A DNA stretch of 64,000 nucleotides from the human T2T-CHM13v2.0 reference genome, Homo sapiens. The notes beneath the pieces are model-generated. The model saw only the letters and a list, made by a program, of their open reading frames with translations. It was not told the origin of the DNA and made no database searches. The translations under genes were made by a program, and so were the position numbers. Location: NCBI RefSeq assembly GCF_009914755.1, contig NC_060929.1. One strand, written 5' to 3'. This document shows positions 34,808-47,602 of the stretch, piece after piece (the stretch's first letter is position 1; every line of letters begins with the position of its first letter).

Positions 34808-36427
34808 AAGCCACCAGTGAATTTTTAAAAATACCTGGATTGTTGGATACGTTTTTAATTTGGATTAAAAAGGTTTACTGCCTATAGTCTGCTCAATTTT
34901 AAACTCTAGATTTGTGAGTCCAAAATAATTTATGTATTTGATATAACATCTAAGGATATCTGAAGAAAATTGAAAGGTTTTGTGGACTTCATATTATCAA
35001 AGCAAAAATGGCAATATTTATGTCATGGACAAGCAAAGAAAACTTTAAGGCTATTGCCAATTGGGGAGGGAGACTAGAATATACTGAACTCAACTCCACT
35101 GAAGGAAAGAGCAGGAGGATTTTTAAATGCTTGGAGGAGCAGAGACCACAGGTCATCTAATTAGCTAATTGGCTTTACACAAAGGAGAAATAAACTTTCC
35201 CCTATCTTTTTGAAGGGAAGTAGCTTTACAACTTGGATCAAGGCACCCACTAAACTTTGTTCCTACACTTCCACAGAAACTAGAAGGTAGAGGCTCTATT
35301 TTCATTGACAATGGATCTCAAAGGAATGTCTCTGAGGCTTTTGAGAAGAGTGCTGGGTTGTATGAAACTGACAAGAGACTTTAAAAAATAAAAAAGATTT
35401 ACATCTCAAAGAGGTAGACAAATATTTTAAAATTACAAGTTTTCTAGAGTAAATGCTCTAAGAAAAAGGAAGTTAATAGAACTAAAGGCAGAAAGAAGCT
35501 AGTCTAAAATTTAGTTAAGCTGAAAGGAATGTTAAGGTCGCCTTCATCAATTCCCCCTTTTGATCCAGGGAAACTAAGTTCATCCATATAGTGTATTTCA
35601 GCAGATTTCTGTTGTGGAAAGACTAGTTGCACCATCTGCTGAGACTCGGCAGTAGAAAATATCTGATGGATAATGCAAGCAATGAGGCATTTAGTGTGAG
35701 GAATTCCTATAGAAAAGTTTAAAAAGCAAAGGCTCTTGGTAGGAGCAGACTTTCAGTTCGGTTTCTGAGATGAGTGGGCAGTCAGGTGAGATTCCTGGAC
35801 GTCGAGCTTGAAGAATAGTTAGATGATGGGATGAAGATGGCAGTGAAAATCCAACGGATTTCACACTTTGCAGTCTGAATGTTTTCGGTGATGGCGTAGA
35901 ATCAGAGAGGCTTTAATAAGATTGTCACCATTATGGTTGTTTCCATAATGGAATGTTTCCAGTATGGAAGATGCAGGAGTTCTAATGAACTTCCTAAGTG
36001 GCCTACACAGCAGCAGTTCCAGGCAGAAAGTTTTCTCATACAGGATCTTCTGTGATATAAACTTCAAGTCATCTAGCTTCAGCTTAGAGGCTTCTTCAGA
36101 TCTTGCTGGAAAAGGCCAGTTATGAAACAACCTAGAGTCCCAATAAGAATCTCGGCAGTCAGGTTTTAGTTCTCAATGATGCCAAGTCAGGAGAGTGGGA
36201 GAAAAATTGGAAACACTACTTTGGAGGAGGTAACCAGATATTGAAGGAAACTTCGAAAATTTAAAATTTGGTAAGGATGGACAATTGTGCCAAATGACAG
36301 AAGTATAATTTACAGGTAGTAACAAAGCTATGCAATTTACAGAGCAGAGAAAAATACCTCAAAGACAATAAGTAGGACCAGGATCTGATAACTCAAGGTG
36401 TGCTATTGAAATATAAGTTTCTAAGCT

Positions 36428-36755
36428 TTTATTTTAAGTTCAGGGGTACATGTGCAGGTTTGTTACGTAGGTAAACTTTTGTGATGAGGGTTTGTCATAC
36501 ACATTATTTCATCACCCAGGTATTAAGCCTAGTACCTGTTAGTTATTTTTCCTGACCCTCTCCCTCCTCTTAACCTCTGCCCTTTGATAAGCCCCAGTGT
36601 GTGTTGTTCCCCTCTATGTGTCCATGTATTCTCATAATTTAGCTCCCACTTATAAGGTAGAACATGTGGTATTTGGTTTTCTCTTCCTGCATTAGTTTGC
36701 TAAGGATAATGGCCTCCAGCTCCATCCATGTCCCTGCAAAGGATGTTATCTCATT
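36428..36755 (-). mobile_element. LINE-1 3' UTR fragment (L1PA13-like) inside the ERV
   Basis: ttttaagttcaggggtacatgtgcaggtttgttac...atcacccaggtattaagcctagtacc. Confidence 0.9.
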
Positions 36756-37302
36756 CACCTTTTTTGATCAAAGATCATCAAAGTAAGATTATTCTCAATC
36801 ACAAAATAAGTCTGTTTGCATTAAATATGGCTTCACTACTTATTTAGGTGCAGCAAGAATGGTAATTGACCACATAGACTTTTTTGAGATTGCTTTGCTG
36901 GAAGTTTTCATAAAGAGTCTCTAACTGGACTTTTAAAATCCTCTTGGCTAGGAAGACAAGCCAGTTACTCACTACAATATTTGACCTGCAGTACCTACAA
37001 ATTTGGGTGAATACTATTCTTTAGGTCCCTAAAATATTCTAAGATTCCTGGGTCTGCCAGGAAGTGACCCTCCTTACTCATCTGTAAGCTGGGAATTCTG
37101 TAAGTCAGGTACCTGTCAAGTTTTCCCAAGCAGGCTTTGTGAACACTGGCTCCATAAAGTCAACCTTAGTTCGTTAAAACTGTCTGGTAATATCTGATTT
37201 TATGGATCATTCTCAGATATGACATTCCAGTTGAAGCCTTAGTTATATAACTAATGTTTCTAATTATGTTGTGTTACAAACAGGGCAGATTCTTATTGAA
37301 CC

Positions 37303-37797
37303 TGATGCAGGAGAACCCCAAAATTGGAGCTTAGCCATGGAGGATTCTTGGCTCTGCTCAGCAAAGAATTGAAGGGTAAGCTGACAGTGAAAGAAAGCAA
37401 GCTTATTAGAGCAATAGGGTATAGCAAAATGGCTGTTTCATAGACAAAGTAGGGCTATCCTAGAGGCAGAGTGGTCCAGAGTAGCACTCACAGATTGCTG
37501 AATAGCTATATTTATACCACTTTTAATTATGTACTAATTAAGGGGGAGGTTATTCATAAACTTTCTGGAAAGGAGGTGAGAGTTCCTGGAACCATATAGG
37601 GGAGCTTCTGGGTCATTCCATGGCATCATTTGTAAACTGTCATGGCACTGGTGGGAGTGTCTTATGAAAATGCATTACAATTCCTAGTCCTAGCTGATTT
37701 GGGATAGTTGCTTATTTTCATGGCAATATAATTATTTGCATAGGTTTGAGGTAGGAGATCAGCAGGACTTGTTTTCATGACCCTCTTGATCAAAACA
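37303..37797 (-). mobile_element. Solo ERV1 LTR (MER66-like) with its U3 terminus locally inverted
   Basis: Start resembles the reverse complement of the 3' end of the LTR at 6248-6709; tgaggtaggag start found on the + strand at 37747; TSD AACC. Confidence 0.75.
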
Positions 37798-39319
37798 TTC
37801 TGTTTGCTCAGTTGCTTTTACAAGTGTTTTTAAATGGTTGTTTTTACATTTTTTCAAAAAAACTAGAATTACAACTGATAACACTATACTGCTATTTAAT
37901 ATGAGGTAAAACAGCACCAGAACATATGGAATGAGAAGACATTGACAAATTTCCAGAAACCTCGTACAATTTCTGGAATATTTATATTTATTATGTTTTG
38001 TCTATACAAATATAACTTAGGAAAGGTGAAACATCTCTTCTTATTTGACAGTGCTTTCCATTCAATTCAACATGTCAAATACACCTAATTATTTTTGCAC
38101 CTGTCTTTTTACAAGATGAAAGATCCTTTGTGATTTTCCAGGGGGCTTTCAAAATCCATCTGGGATTAAGAAGATTTCATTCAATATTTTATTTCGGAAA
38201 GATAAAAATATCAAAAGTTGTCAGGAGGTTTGAATATTTGGTTAAAAAGGATTATGAGTCACTGAGAAATAATACTGGCTACCTATTTAATCAAAGTGAT
38301 AACAAAAAGTTTCAAAAGTAAACATAGAATGTAATGTAACTGTAAAAACATTTAGCCCTTTCAAAAGTGGTAAGTCTTGGCCCTCTTGGGTAGTCAAGAA
38401 CATAATAATCTCAACATAAAGCACAGGAAATTTTTCTGATAAAACATAGAATCTGTACCTTACCTTACTCAAAAGGTAAAGAAAAATCTTCTACAACTTA
38501 TTAAGAGCAGATCAATAATCAAAGAAAAGTTTGTTATTTTAACAGAGAGAAAAGTAAATTCTCCTTTTGCTTTAGTATACTATTGATATTAAAGCTCATT
38601 TGAGAAAAACCTTATAAATAAATCCATCAAGTTCTTCTTAGCCAATATTTTTCTCAGGTCCACTTAATCATCTGGGAATATCACGAGCATGCTAAAATGT
38701 TAGGCTTTCAGAATCACAACATTAAAATTCACAGTTTAATATAGCTATATTCTTCCAAAAGCAAAGACTATAGCAGTTAATGACCTCTTCCATTTATCAT
38801 TCGGATCACATTGTTACATTCCATTTGCTAGGCAAGAATTCCCTTCCACCCTGACCAAAGCCATATTCTGCCAGTTTTAACTTCTAAGTTAAACTTCTCA
38901 GTCAGGTGAGTATAATTATTTGATCAAGGATACTGACTTCTCCTTCCTTCTATTGCTTTTGGAAATGTAATCACTTGTTTGCGCTAATTGAGGATGCCAT
39001 ATGCCATTGCATGACATTTTTAATTACTCCCTTCTTCAAGAAAGTTTGCTTCTCTTGGTTTTCTGTTCTCCTTTATTGTCCTAGATAGGCATCCAAATAA
39101 GAAACCCCAATGTGATTCTGAACACTTCACTCTCTTTTATTCTTTATATTTTGTTTGTGCTATCTCTCAAATTCTCACTCTAATATGTTCTTATCTTTAA
39201 CAGAGTATTTAAGAGTGTGAGCTTTGAGATCAAGCAATCAAAATTTAAATTCTAGATTGTTTATTAGCTATATGATCTTGAGAAATAATGATAATAGGAT
39301 TAGGAATAGGAACAAGAAC

Positions 39320-39540
39320 AAGGCTATGGCCAAGCACTTTTCTAAGTACTTTACATGTATCACTCATTTAATTATCACAAAAACCTATCAAATAAGTCCT
39401 ATTATTACTGCTGTTTTGTAGATGAGAAAACTGAAAACACAGAGATTAAGTAACTCATCCAAAGTCACACAGATGGTAAATATTCAGCCAGAATTCACAC
39501 CCAGACATTCTGACTGAAGTTTTCATGCTTTTAATCACTT
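39320..39540 (-). mobile_element. MIR SINE
   Basis: MIR core ttttgtagatgagaaaactgaaaacacagagattaagtaactcatccaaagtcacacag. Confidence 0.8.
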
Positions 39541-39985
39541 CTTTTTGGTCTCTCTAGGTTTCAGCTTGATATCTTTAATTTGGTAAACAATAAATATTAG
39601 CATTATTATTAACACAAGTGCATGGCTTTATCAGGCTTTCATCATTTCTTACTTGGACTATTGCATTAGTCATTACATCTGTCTCATTGCATATCCCTAG
39701 GTTAATCTATCTTGCATTGTTACCAAGAATATCTTTTAAAAATAAAAGAAAGAACTAACCATGTTATTCACCTGTTTTAAATTTTTTATTGATTTTATTT
39801 ATCTACCAAATAATATTTAAATACATATCATTTAAGAGCCTTAACAGTTTGGATTCAAAATAATTAATTTCCTTGTTCCATATTTTATAATTTCTCTTTC
39901 TTGCTTATTCCACAGTTGTCTAATCTCCAGCCACACAGAAAGCTAACTGGTCCAAATGGTCTGTGGAGCTTTCATTTTAGCATAA

Positions 39986-41008
39986 GCTAGATCAATATGT
40001 TATAGCATTATGTTTAAGAATTATTAATCTCCAAATTTGCTGCTACCCTCCTAGCAGCACTCCAACAGTTCCCAGGTTTTCTTCTGTACTTTCCAGAAGT
40101 GGGAAGAAGGAACTTAGGACCTAGTGGAAACATAAGTTTCAATAGTCATCTCACTATGGTAGATTACGGATCAGGTATCACCCAGGACCAACTTGGTTTC
40201 AGTTGATAAGCATTAAGCAATAGTGTTTCTGGGTAAAATCTGTTATTAGTGCGTGGATGCCAGGTTAGGGATGAGGAAGCCAGGCCCTTAGAGAGGACAG
40301 TGTCCTGGTCCCACGCAATAGATCTGATACCCATAGAGAGGCAGAAAGCAGAAGCTGGAGCAACTTTTCCACAAGAGACTTGGGGCCTGAGTCCTGCAGC
40401 TCTGGAACTTGGGAACCAAGTTGAACAATAGCTTGGGAGCAGGCATTCTCCCAATTCAGAATAAAATGCAGAACAGCTCCAGGGGCAGAGGGAAGGCAAT
40501 GGGATAGCACATTACTCAGCAAGTGGGGAGGGGAAGCACTGACAGAAAATTCCTCAGGCAAGTGGAGGGGGGCTCATGAAAAGACTGTATGAGGCTGCTA
40601 GTTTGGAGCAGACATGAGATACTCCAGAGATCCCAGGAACAACAGGGAAGGCAGTGTGACTATTGGGTAGCTGTGATACAGTGATAAGTGCTCTCCAGCT
40701 GGACTCATGGGGTGAAATGGGCAGGTGGGGCACAACCCAATGAAGCATAAATAATAATGTCCCTCTTTTCACCTATAGGAGGGATTACAAATACACCTAA
40801 GTATATTGCTTGTCATTTGTTTTGTGATACACTCTACAACTGATCTGGCTAGACCAGTATGTTATAGCATTATGTTTAAGAATTATTAATTTCCAAATTT
40901 GCTGCTACCCTCCTAGCAGTACTCCAACAGTTCCCAAGTTTTCCTCTGTACTTTCCACAAGTGGGAAGGAGAAGGGACTTAAGACTCAGTAGTAAAATGA
41001 GTTTAAAT
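39986..41008 (+). repeat. Direct repeat pair of ~160 bp (39986-40143 and 40848-41008) separated by ~700 bp
   Basis: Shared tatgttatagcattatgtttaagaattattaat.tccaaatttgctgctaccctcctagcag.actccaacagttccca... Confidence 0.92.
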
Positions 41009-41378
41009 CTTGGGTGCTGAAGAGTGACTCTCAGGATTGAAAACTGATTACTAAAATCAGTCTTGATTTATGGCAGATTGCATTTGTCCACTGAATGCTA
41101 AAACATACTAACATCTGCAATAGTCAAATTCCAGGTCTCACAATTAGAACTTCATATGTGTTTTGCCTTTCCCACAGATGATTCACACTCTCACTCTATC
41201 CTCCAAATGGGCCTCAGTCACTCATCATCCAGTGATGATTCACTCTGCTCCTGTTTATACTTAAACACATCATATAGCAACTATTTTCATATATGTCATG
41301 GTTTCCTTGAGTGACATATGTTTCTGTAACGTTACTGGAACACAAACCTATGCAGAAACTCTCAAATTCACGAAGTGA

Positions 41379-41449
41379 CCTAGAGCTCTGGTCAGGAGCC
41401 TAGAGCTCAGGTCAGGAGCCTGGTCAGGAGCCTGCCAGGTCAGGAGCCT
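41379..41449 (+). repeat. Short irregular tandem array of GGTCAGGAGCCT (4 copies)
   Basis: Seen directly; two copies preceded by cctagagctc. Confidence 0.9.
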
Positions 41450-42005
41450 GGCATTGGGCTCAGAATCTATTCTAGGCATAAAGGAGTCCTTAATAGGTAG
41501 TGTAAATAACTTCCTATTTCCTTTGTGTTTTTGTTTGGTAATAGTGAAACACTGGAATTTTGTGGATGTAGCAGTGTTCATGTAAGAAGAGGCCCAATAA
41601 GAAGATATTTTAAAATTCTAATCAGCCTCCTCCCTTCATCTCAGCCTAAGGCCCTCTGGCCTACAATTCCCTTTCTTAAGACCTCATTGAATTTGATTTC
41701 ATTTAATTAACAAAGAAAAAAGCAGATATCTCATTCTTTATCTCCCTGCAGTCTTACTTATGACATTTAATCTAGTATTACATGTTTCTGAAAGCAAATT
41801 ATTATTAGAGTGTTCATTATTGCTGTAATCCCTTACCTAAAAACATTCTGTTTATTTTGTTTCCCTGAACTGTCACCAAAGACGTCAACATTAATACTGT
41901 ATTTTTCATAATTTTTGACACAAGCCATAGACACTTGTGCATCTTCTTTGAGGAGACTCTAATTCTGAATGTATGGCATATGTTCCAATGAAATAGAAAA
42001 AGGAA

Positions 42006-42272
42006 GGCTGGGTGCAGTGGCTCACGCCTGTAATCCCAGCACTTTGGGAGGCCGAGGTGGGCAGATCACAAGGTCAAGAGATCGAGGCCATCCTGGCCAA
42101 CATGATGAAACCCTGTCTCTACTAAAAATACAAAACTTAGCCAGGCATGGTGGCATGCACCTGTAGTCCCAGATACTCAGGAGGCTGAGGCAGGAGAATT
42201 GCTTGAACCTGGGAGGCAGAGGTTGCAGTGAGCAACAGAGCGAGACTCCATCTCAAAAAAAAAAAAAAAAAA
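42006..42272 (+). mobile_element. AluSc-like element with ~33 bp deletion in the right arm
   Basis: aggtcaagagatcgag diagnostic; gcagtgagc joined directly to aacagagcgagact. Confidence 0.93.
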
Positions 42273-43044
42273 GAAAAGTAAAGTAAACTAGCAAAGATGG
42301 CATCTACAAGGTAAAGTCTTTCAATTGAAAAGGAAAGATATATAAAATTATTTCAATAATTTATGTCTTCAAAAACAGTATATTTTAAATAGTAAAAACA
42401 AATAGAAACCACATAGCCAAATTAAAAGATTCTTGCATCCCAGCATTTGATTTACAGTTGAATTATAAGTTAAAATGTTCTATGGTTTCAGACTGCAGTA
42501 TGCAAGGAAAGAAAAACATGATATGTAGATACACATACGACAGTTTTCCAAATTGTAAAATGGAGGTAAAAATCTATTTGCATCCCCAGATTTCATTTCA
42601 CAAAGATTTTATATGAATAACTTCTCAAGTGATTTCATTAGATTAGAAAAGAAATTCTGTTTGTTGCAAAGAAAGCAATCTTTCTCTTCATATAATAACT
42701 AGTCTGGTTTCACTGATGGCTTAACACACAGTCAAATCACTGCTCTGTGAAGCCAAGCATGATCTTCATAAGGGTCAGGAGGCAATGCACATAATGGTAG
42801 TCATAAATAGCTAATTATGGCTGCATGAAATTAAACAGTACCTAAAGCATTTAAGTTATAACCTCAAGTATATTGCATACATTTAAGAAGGACAATATGG
42901 TCTAGAAATACCCATAGGAAAGATATGTTTTTAATCTCATTAGGAAAAAAGAATTTTACTTGCAAGTTTCTAGCTTGCTGCTATATTGCTCCAATGAATA
43001 AGCAAATCACTTTAAACAATACCTAAATCATATGGCATACTGTT

Positions 43045-43550
43045 TATATTGGTCAAGGTTCTTTAGATAAATGGAACCAATAAGATATATAGAGATACAA
43101 AGAAGTAAATTTTTTAAGTGGGATTGGTTTATGCAAACACAGCTTAGAAGTTCCACGACCTGCCATCTGCAAGCTGGAGGCCCAGCCCGGGAAAGCTAGT
43201 GGTATACTACCAGTCCAAACTCAAAAGCCCATGAACTGGGGCCAATGGCATAAGCCCTGGTCCAAGCCCAAAGGCCCCAAAACCAGAAGCACTGATGTCT
43301 GAGGCAGAAGATGGATGTCCCAGCTCAAGTAGAGAGCAAATTCCCCCTTTCTTCACCTTTTTGCTGTATTCAAGCTTTCAGTGGATTAGATGCTTATGCA
43401 CATCAACAAGGGCAGATCTTTACTTAGTCTATGGATTCAAAGGCTAATCTCTTCCAGAAACACCCTCATAGGCATACCCAGAATTATGTTTACCAGCTAT
43501 CTGGGAATCCTTGAGCCCAATCAAGCTGACACACAAAATTAAGTATCACA
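43045..43550 (-). mobile_element. MLT2B-like solo LTR (ERVL)
   Basis: ctgccatctgcaagctggag, ctaatctcttccagaaacaccctca, tcaagctgacacacaaaattaagtatcaca; 5-bp TSD ctgtt/gtgtt. Confidence 0.88.
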
Positions 43551-44334
43551 GTGTTTTCCTATGAATGAATAGAAAAGGAAACTGAAGGATAAAGATGGCC
43601 TTGGGTGCCACAGCAGTCAGAAGCCTCTTAGCCATGGCAGTGCTGTAAGGGTAAGGGCTGCTTTGGATAGGGTTGAGCAGCTAAGCGTAGGAGGACAACG
43701 AATCCAGTCTCCAAGGGAGCCTGATAAAGCCCCACCCTCACCCCAGCAATGACCGCCTTTAGTGCACAGCCCCTCTGCTGAGGAAGACCCTTCACCCAAT
43801 GCCTTAGGAACCAGTCAGGTAGCAATACAAAGGCACGGCCCAATCCTCAACTAATCTAGACTAAACTCTCTGTACACATAGAGGCCTGGAGGTACTAATA
43901 ATTCCAAGCATAAGGGCTATTGTGGTCATAATAAACCACCGCATTTACAAAAATGACAAGACTGTAGCTCCATGAGAGGGAATTTGGGGCTCTTTTATTC
44001 AGCTGAATTCTCGGTTCTAGAACAGTGCCTCACACAGTATAGGTGCTCAATGAGTATTTGATGAATAAATCTCTACTTCCTACATAATAACCAGTCTGGT
44101 CATACCGATAGACTTTATACAATGTCTGCTGTATAAACAGTGTGTTCAGTCTGTGTATATCAAATATCTCAGACACAATGATCAACAGCAATTTCAGACA
44201 CATGGACATATTAGGCATATGTTTATTTTATTAGTTATTTTTAAATTGATCTTAAAATTTCTACAGTGCATAATACGGTTTCACATATTCTGAACCTAAG
44301 GTACTGCATAAAAGTGCATAAACTTATATGTACT

Positions 44335-44705
44335 TTTTTCTAAAATCATGTTAAGAACACTTAACATGAGATCTACCCTGTTAACAAATTTTCAAGTATA
44401 CAATACAGTGTTGCTGACTGTGTTAACAACATAGACACAATGTTGTACAGCAAATCTCTAGAACTTAATGACTTGCATACTGAAACTTTATACCTGCTGA
44501 ATAGCAATGCCCCAACACTGCCTCCTCCCCAGATGCTGGCAATCACTGTTTTACTCTTTGCTTCTATCTACTGGATTATTTTAGATACCTCATGTAAGTG
44601 GAATTATGCATTACTTGTCCATGACGGGCTAATTTCACTTAACATAGTATCCTCAAGGTTCATCCATGTTGTCTTATATGGCACTATTTCCTTCTTTATT
44701 AAGGC
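44335..44705 (-). mobile_element. L1MA (MA8/9-like) 3' end
   Basis: taagaacacttaacatgagatctaccc...tgttgtacagcaaatctctagaactta. Confidence 0.8.
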
Positions 44706-45387
44706 AACTTTCAGTCATGATAGAACATGCTTATATCTCCCAAAGCCTGCATCTTCCCATGAGAAACTTCATCAATTTCTTAAAAGTTTATTCAGTAGAT
44801 TTAAATGGTTTAATTATATTTACAATTAAATATAATAAAATAATGTTAAATTTTATAACTAACTAATGCATTCTGCTAGAACGGCATATGGCACATAGGA
44901 TATAGCTTCAATAGTAATCACAGGCACCAATTATTTCGTGTTCATATATCCCAGATCCTGGGCTAAAAAAATTTTTATGCACTTTTAAAATTTTAATTCT
45001 GACAACAGTTCTGTGAAGAAAATATGATTAGTCCCATTTTATATATGAAGAAACTGAAGCTTAAGAAAACTATACATTCGAGAAAGTAAAGTTTTTACAT
45101 AGTATTATACAAAATACATGCAATATGCTCCCCTCCAATCACTCATTAGGCAGGGGAGGAGTGCAAAGACCAGCACTGCTCAACTTAGCAGGTCTGAATT
45201 ATTTTTAATAGCTTCAACGTGAGGTAAGAAACGGGCTAGAATGTAAGTCAAATGAATCACAATTCATTTTTCTATTAATATATCAGAGTTGTCAACCAGA
45301 ACATGTCTGTTATCCTCACTATAATCACCAAATATTATCACAGTATTTCTCACTGTGTCAATAATTTCTTCATCAAGTCTTGCTTTA

Positions 45388-45450
45388 AAACCTGCATGTT
45401 GTGCACATGTACCCCAAAACTTAAAGTATAATAAAAAAAAAGAAAAAGAA
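45388..45450 (+). mobile_element. Extremely 5'-truncated L1PA tail
   Basis: aacctgcatgttgtgcacatgtaccccaaaacttaaagtataat followed by poly-A. Confidence 0.9.
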
Positions 45451-45647
45451 AACACAACATCACCTGAAACCCTAAAAAAAAACAATTAAAAAAAAACAAG
45501 TTTTGCTAGTTTAAAGTATTGCTTTAAAAAACAAAAAATAAAAATAAAAACCTCACCAGTTTGTTGAGTTTGGACATATGCATACTACCATCAGTACCAT
45601 CAGTACAACCAAGGTACTAAACATATCCATCACCTGCTAAAACTAAT

Positions 45648-45698
45648 TTGTGTGTGTATGTGTGTGTGTATGTGCACATGTGTGCATGTGTGTGTGTC
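45648..45698 (+). repeat. Degenerate (TG)n
   Basis: Seen directly. Confidence 0.85.
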
Positions 45699-47461
45699 TG
45701 TTGGGGTAGTTTTGGGTTTTGGCTTTGGGGTTTTTTTAACTAAGAACATATTAAATGTGTGCAATTTTTTGTATGTCAGTTATACCTTGACAAGCTAAAA
45801 ATGATAAAAATAAATAAATAAAATGTCAGTTGAACTCTACAATGTGCTAAGTGACACTGTTCATTTACCTTCTGATATAAACTCTTTATCTTGGCATGGG
45901 CTGCTAGCAATCAGTTCATGTTCCAGCAGGGTCTGCAAGCCATCCATTGAGCAGCACTCTACCAGACCCAGGGGGTTTGAACAAATAGCTAACATCTCAG
46001 TCTAAGCAGTGCCCAAGTTGGACACAAAAATATGAATGTTTGTGTGAAATGTTCAGGTATCTTTAATTCCTTAGCTGTCTTCTTTCAATCAATCAAAAAA
46101 ACTAACATCTATTCAGTATATATAACATAAAGCATTATAATAGAACATGGAGGGAATTTTAAAAATCAGGGTCCCTGCCCGCTTCCATGTTTGCCATCTG
46201 AATGGAGAGAAAAATGAATGCAAATAAAATTAATACTATTTGGGCATTAAAGATAAAGACCAAACAAGTGATGTAGACCAACACAACAGCCGAGTGAGGG
46301 ATCTATAGGGTGAGCTGCAAGGCTTCATGGTAGAGAGAAAATGTAAGCAGGTCCTGTAATGATGAAACACTCCATATGGTCTGAGAAGAGTGCAGAGGCA
46401 GAAAATATCAGCACATTCCTAGGAAAATGAGGGAAAGTAATCAAGTGAAGTGAAGAATTTAAGGGCACAGAAAGAAGTAGACTAAGAAGGTAGACATTCC
46501 CTCAGGGACATGAGGGACAGAGGCTTAGTAAGCATATTGGATTTCTTGAAGGAAAGCCTTTTATTGCTGAAGTCTGACTGTCTCAGTAAGTAAGCAGACA
46601 TTTGGTTAGGGATGCTGTTTTTCATTTTCAGTATACAGGGGTGCATTTTTTTTTTTTTGCATAATACTGACTTTGCATAAATTGTGATGAACACCCTGCA
46701 GGTTTAGTTTTAGTTCAGGTTTATATATTAAGGATGGGATATTTTATGTACTTATAACCAACTTCTAAAAAGTCCTACCCTCATAAATAATATGTCTATT
46801 CATATCATCTAGAAGGTATCTGATCCTGGGTTTAAGCTTAAGTCTAAATGAACTTGCCTCAGAAACCTTTAGTATGGAGTATCCTGGGACACATTCCAGG
46901 AAAAAACAGTTTCCAATATATTCTCCAAAATTTTGTGGTGGATTTAAATTTAGAAACTCCCATGACTATATACATTTGTTACAGGAAAGAAAATATAACA
47001 CAAGTTATTAAGGGCAAATATTTCTTTAAGATTGAATATATATTTTACTCTTTGGTGAGATCTTTTCTCAATTTTATTTTTTATAAATTAATTTTTGTAT
47101 TTATTTTTACTAAATGCTAAATATATTAATCCACATATTCAAACTAGCAAAAGACAACAGTTGAATGTGAGGTGCTTCTTTCCATTTCAATGTTCAAATG
47201 CCTGTCCTTGTCTTAATTCATAAGAGACACATTCAGGTAATACCTGTACTGTCAATTATACCTGTATCTCCATGCAATTCATATAGTATAAGAAAAGCCT
47301 GTAGTTCTCCATATTTAAACCTTTGTAAGTGACTTACAATCATTTATTGAAAGATTTAATGACCTATACTATTTCATGGAAGTGGGGAAAACACCTGCCA
47401 GAAAATTCTATACACATATCTATAATTTCACTTTTAGTACGTGATTAGGTGATATCAAGAT

Positions 47462-47602
47462 TTGCTCACAAAAATAATAACTATGTGAGGTAATGCATAT
47501 GTTAATTAGGTAGATTCAGTCATTCCGTAATGTATATATGCTTCAAAACATTGTGTTATACATGGTAAATACATGCAATTTTATCCATCAATTAAAAATA
47601 AA
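47462..47602 (+). mobile_element. L1MA 3' terminal fragment
   Basis: aactatgtgaggtaatgcatatgttaattag...ttcaaaacattgtgtt...caattaaaaataaa. Confidence 0.8.

Larger units (their letters stand above)
34994..38640 (-). mobile_element. Partial ERV1 MER4-group provirus: 3' LTR (~34994-35549) plus non-coding internal sequence
   Basis: Minus-strand PPT aaaagggggaat followed by TGATG at 35549; MER4-int-like motifs (aggaagtgacc.tccttactca, ctccataaagtcaaccttagtt, cagattcttattgaac); outer limits approximate. Confidence 0.7.

Noticed and set aside
40164-40772. Overlapping 60-111 aa ORFs between the direct repeats
   Set aside because: Expected from locally higher GC; no motif similarity that I can recognise.
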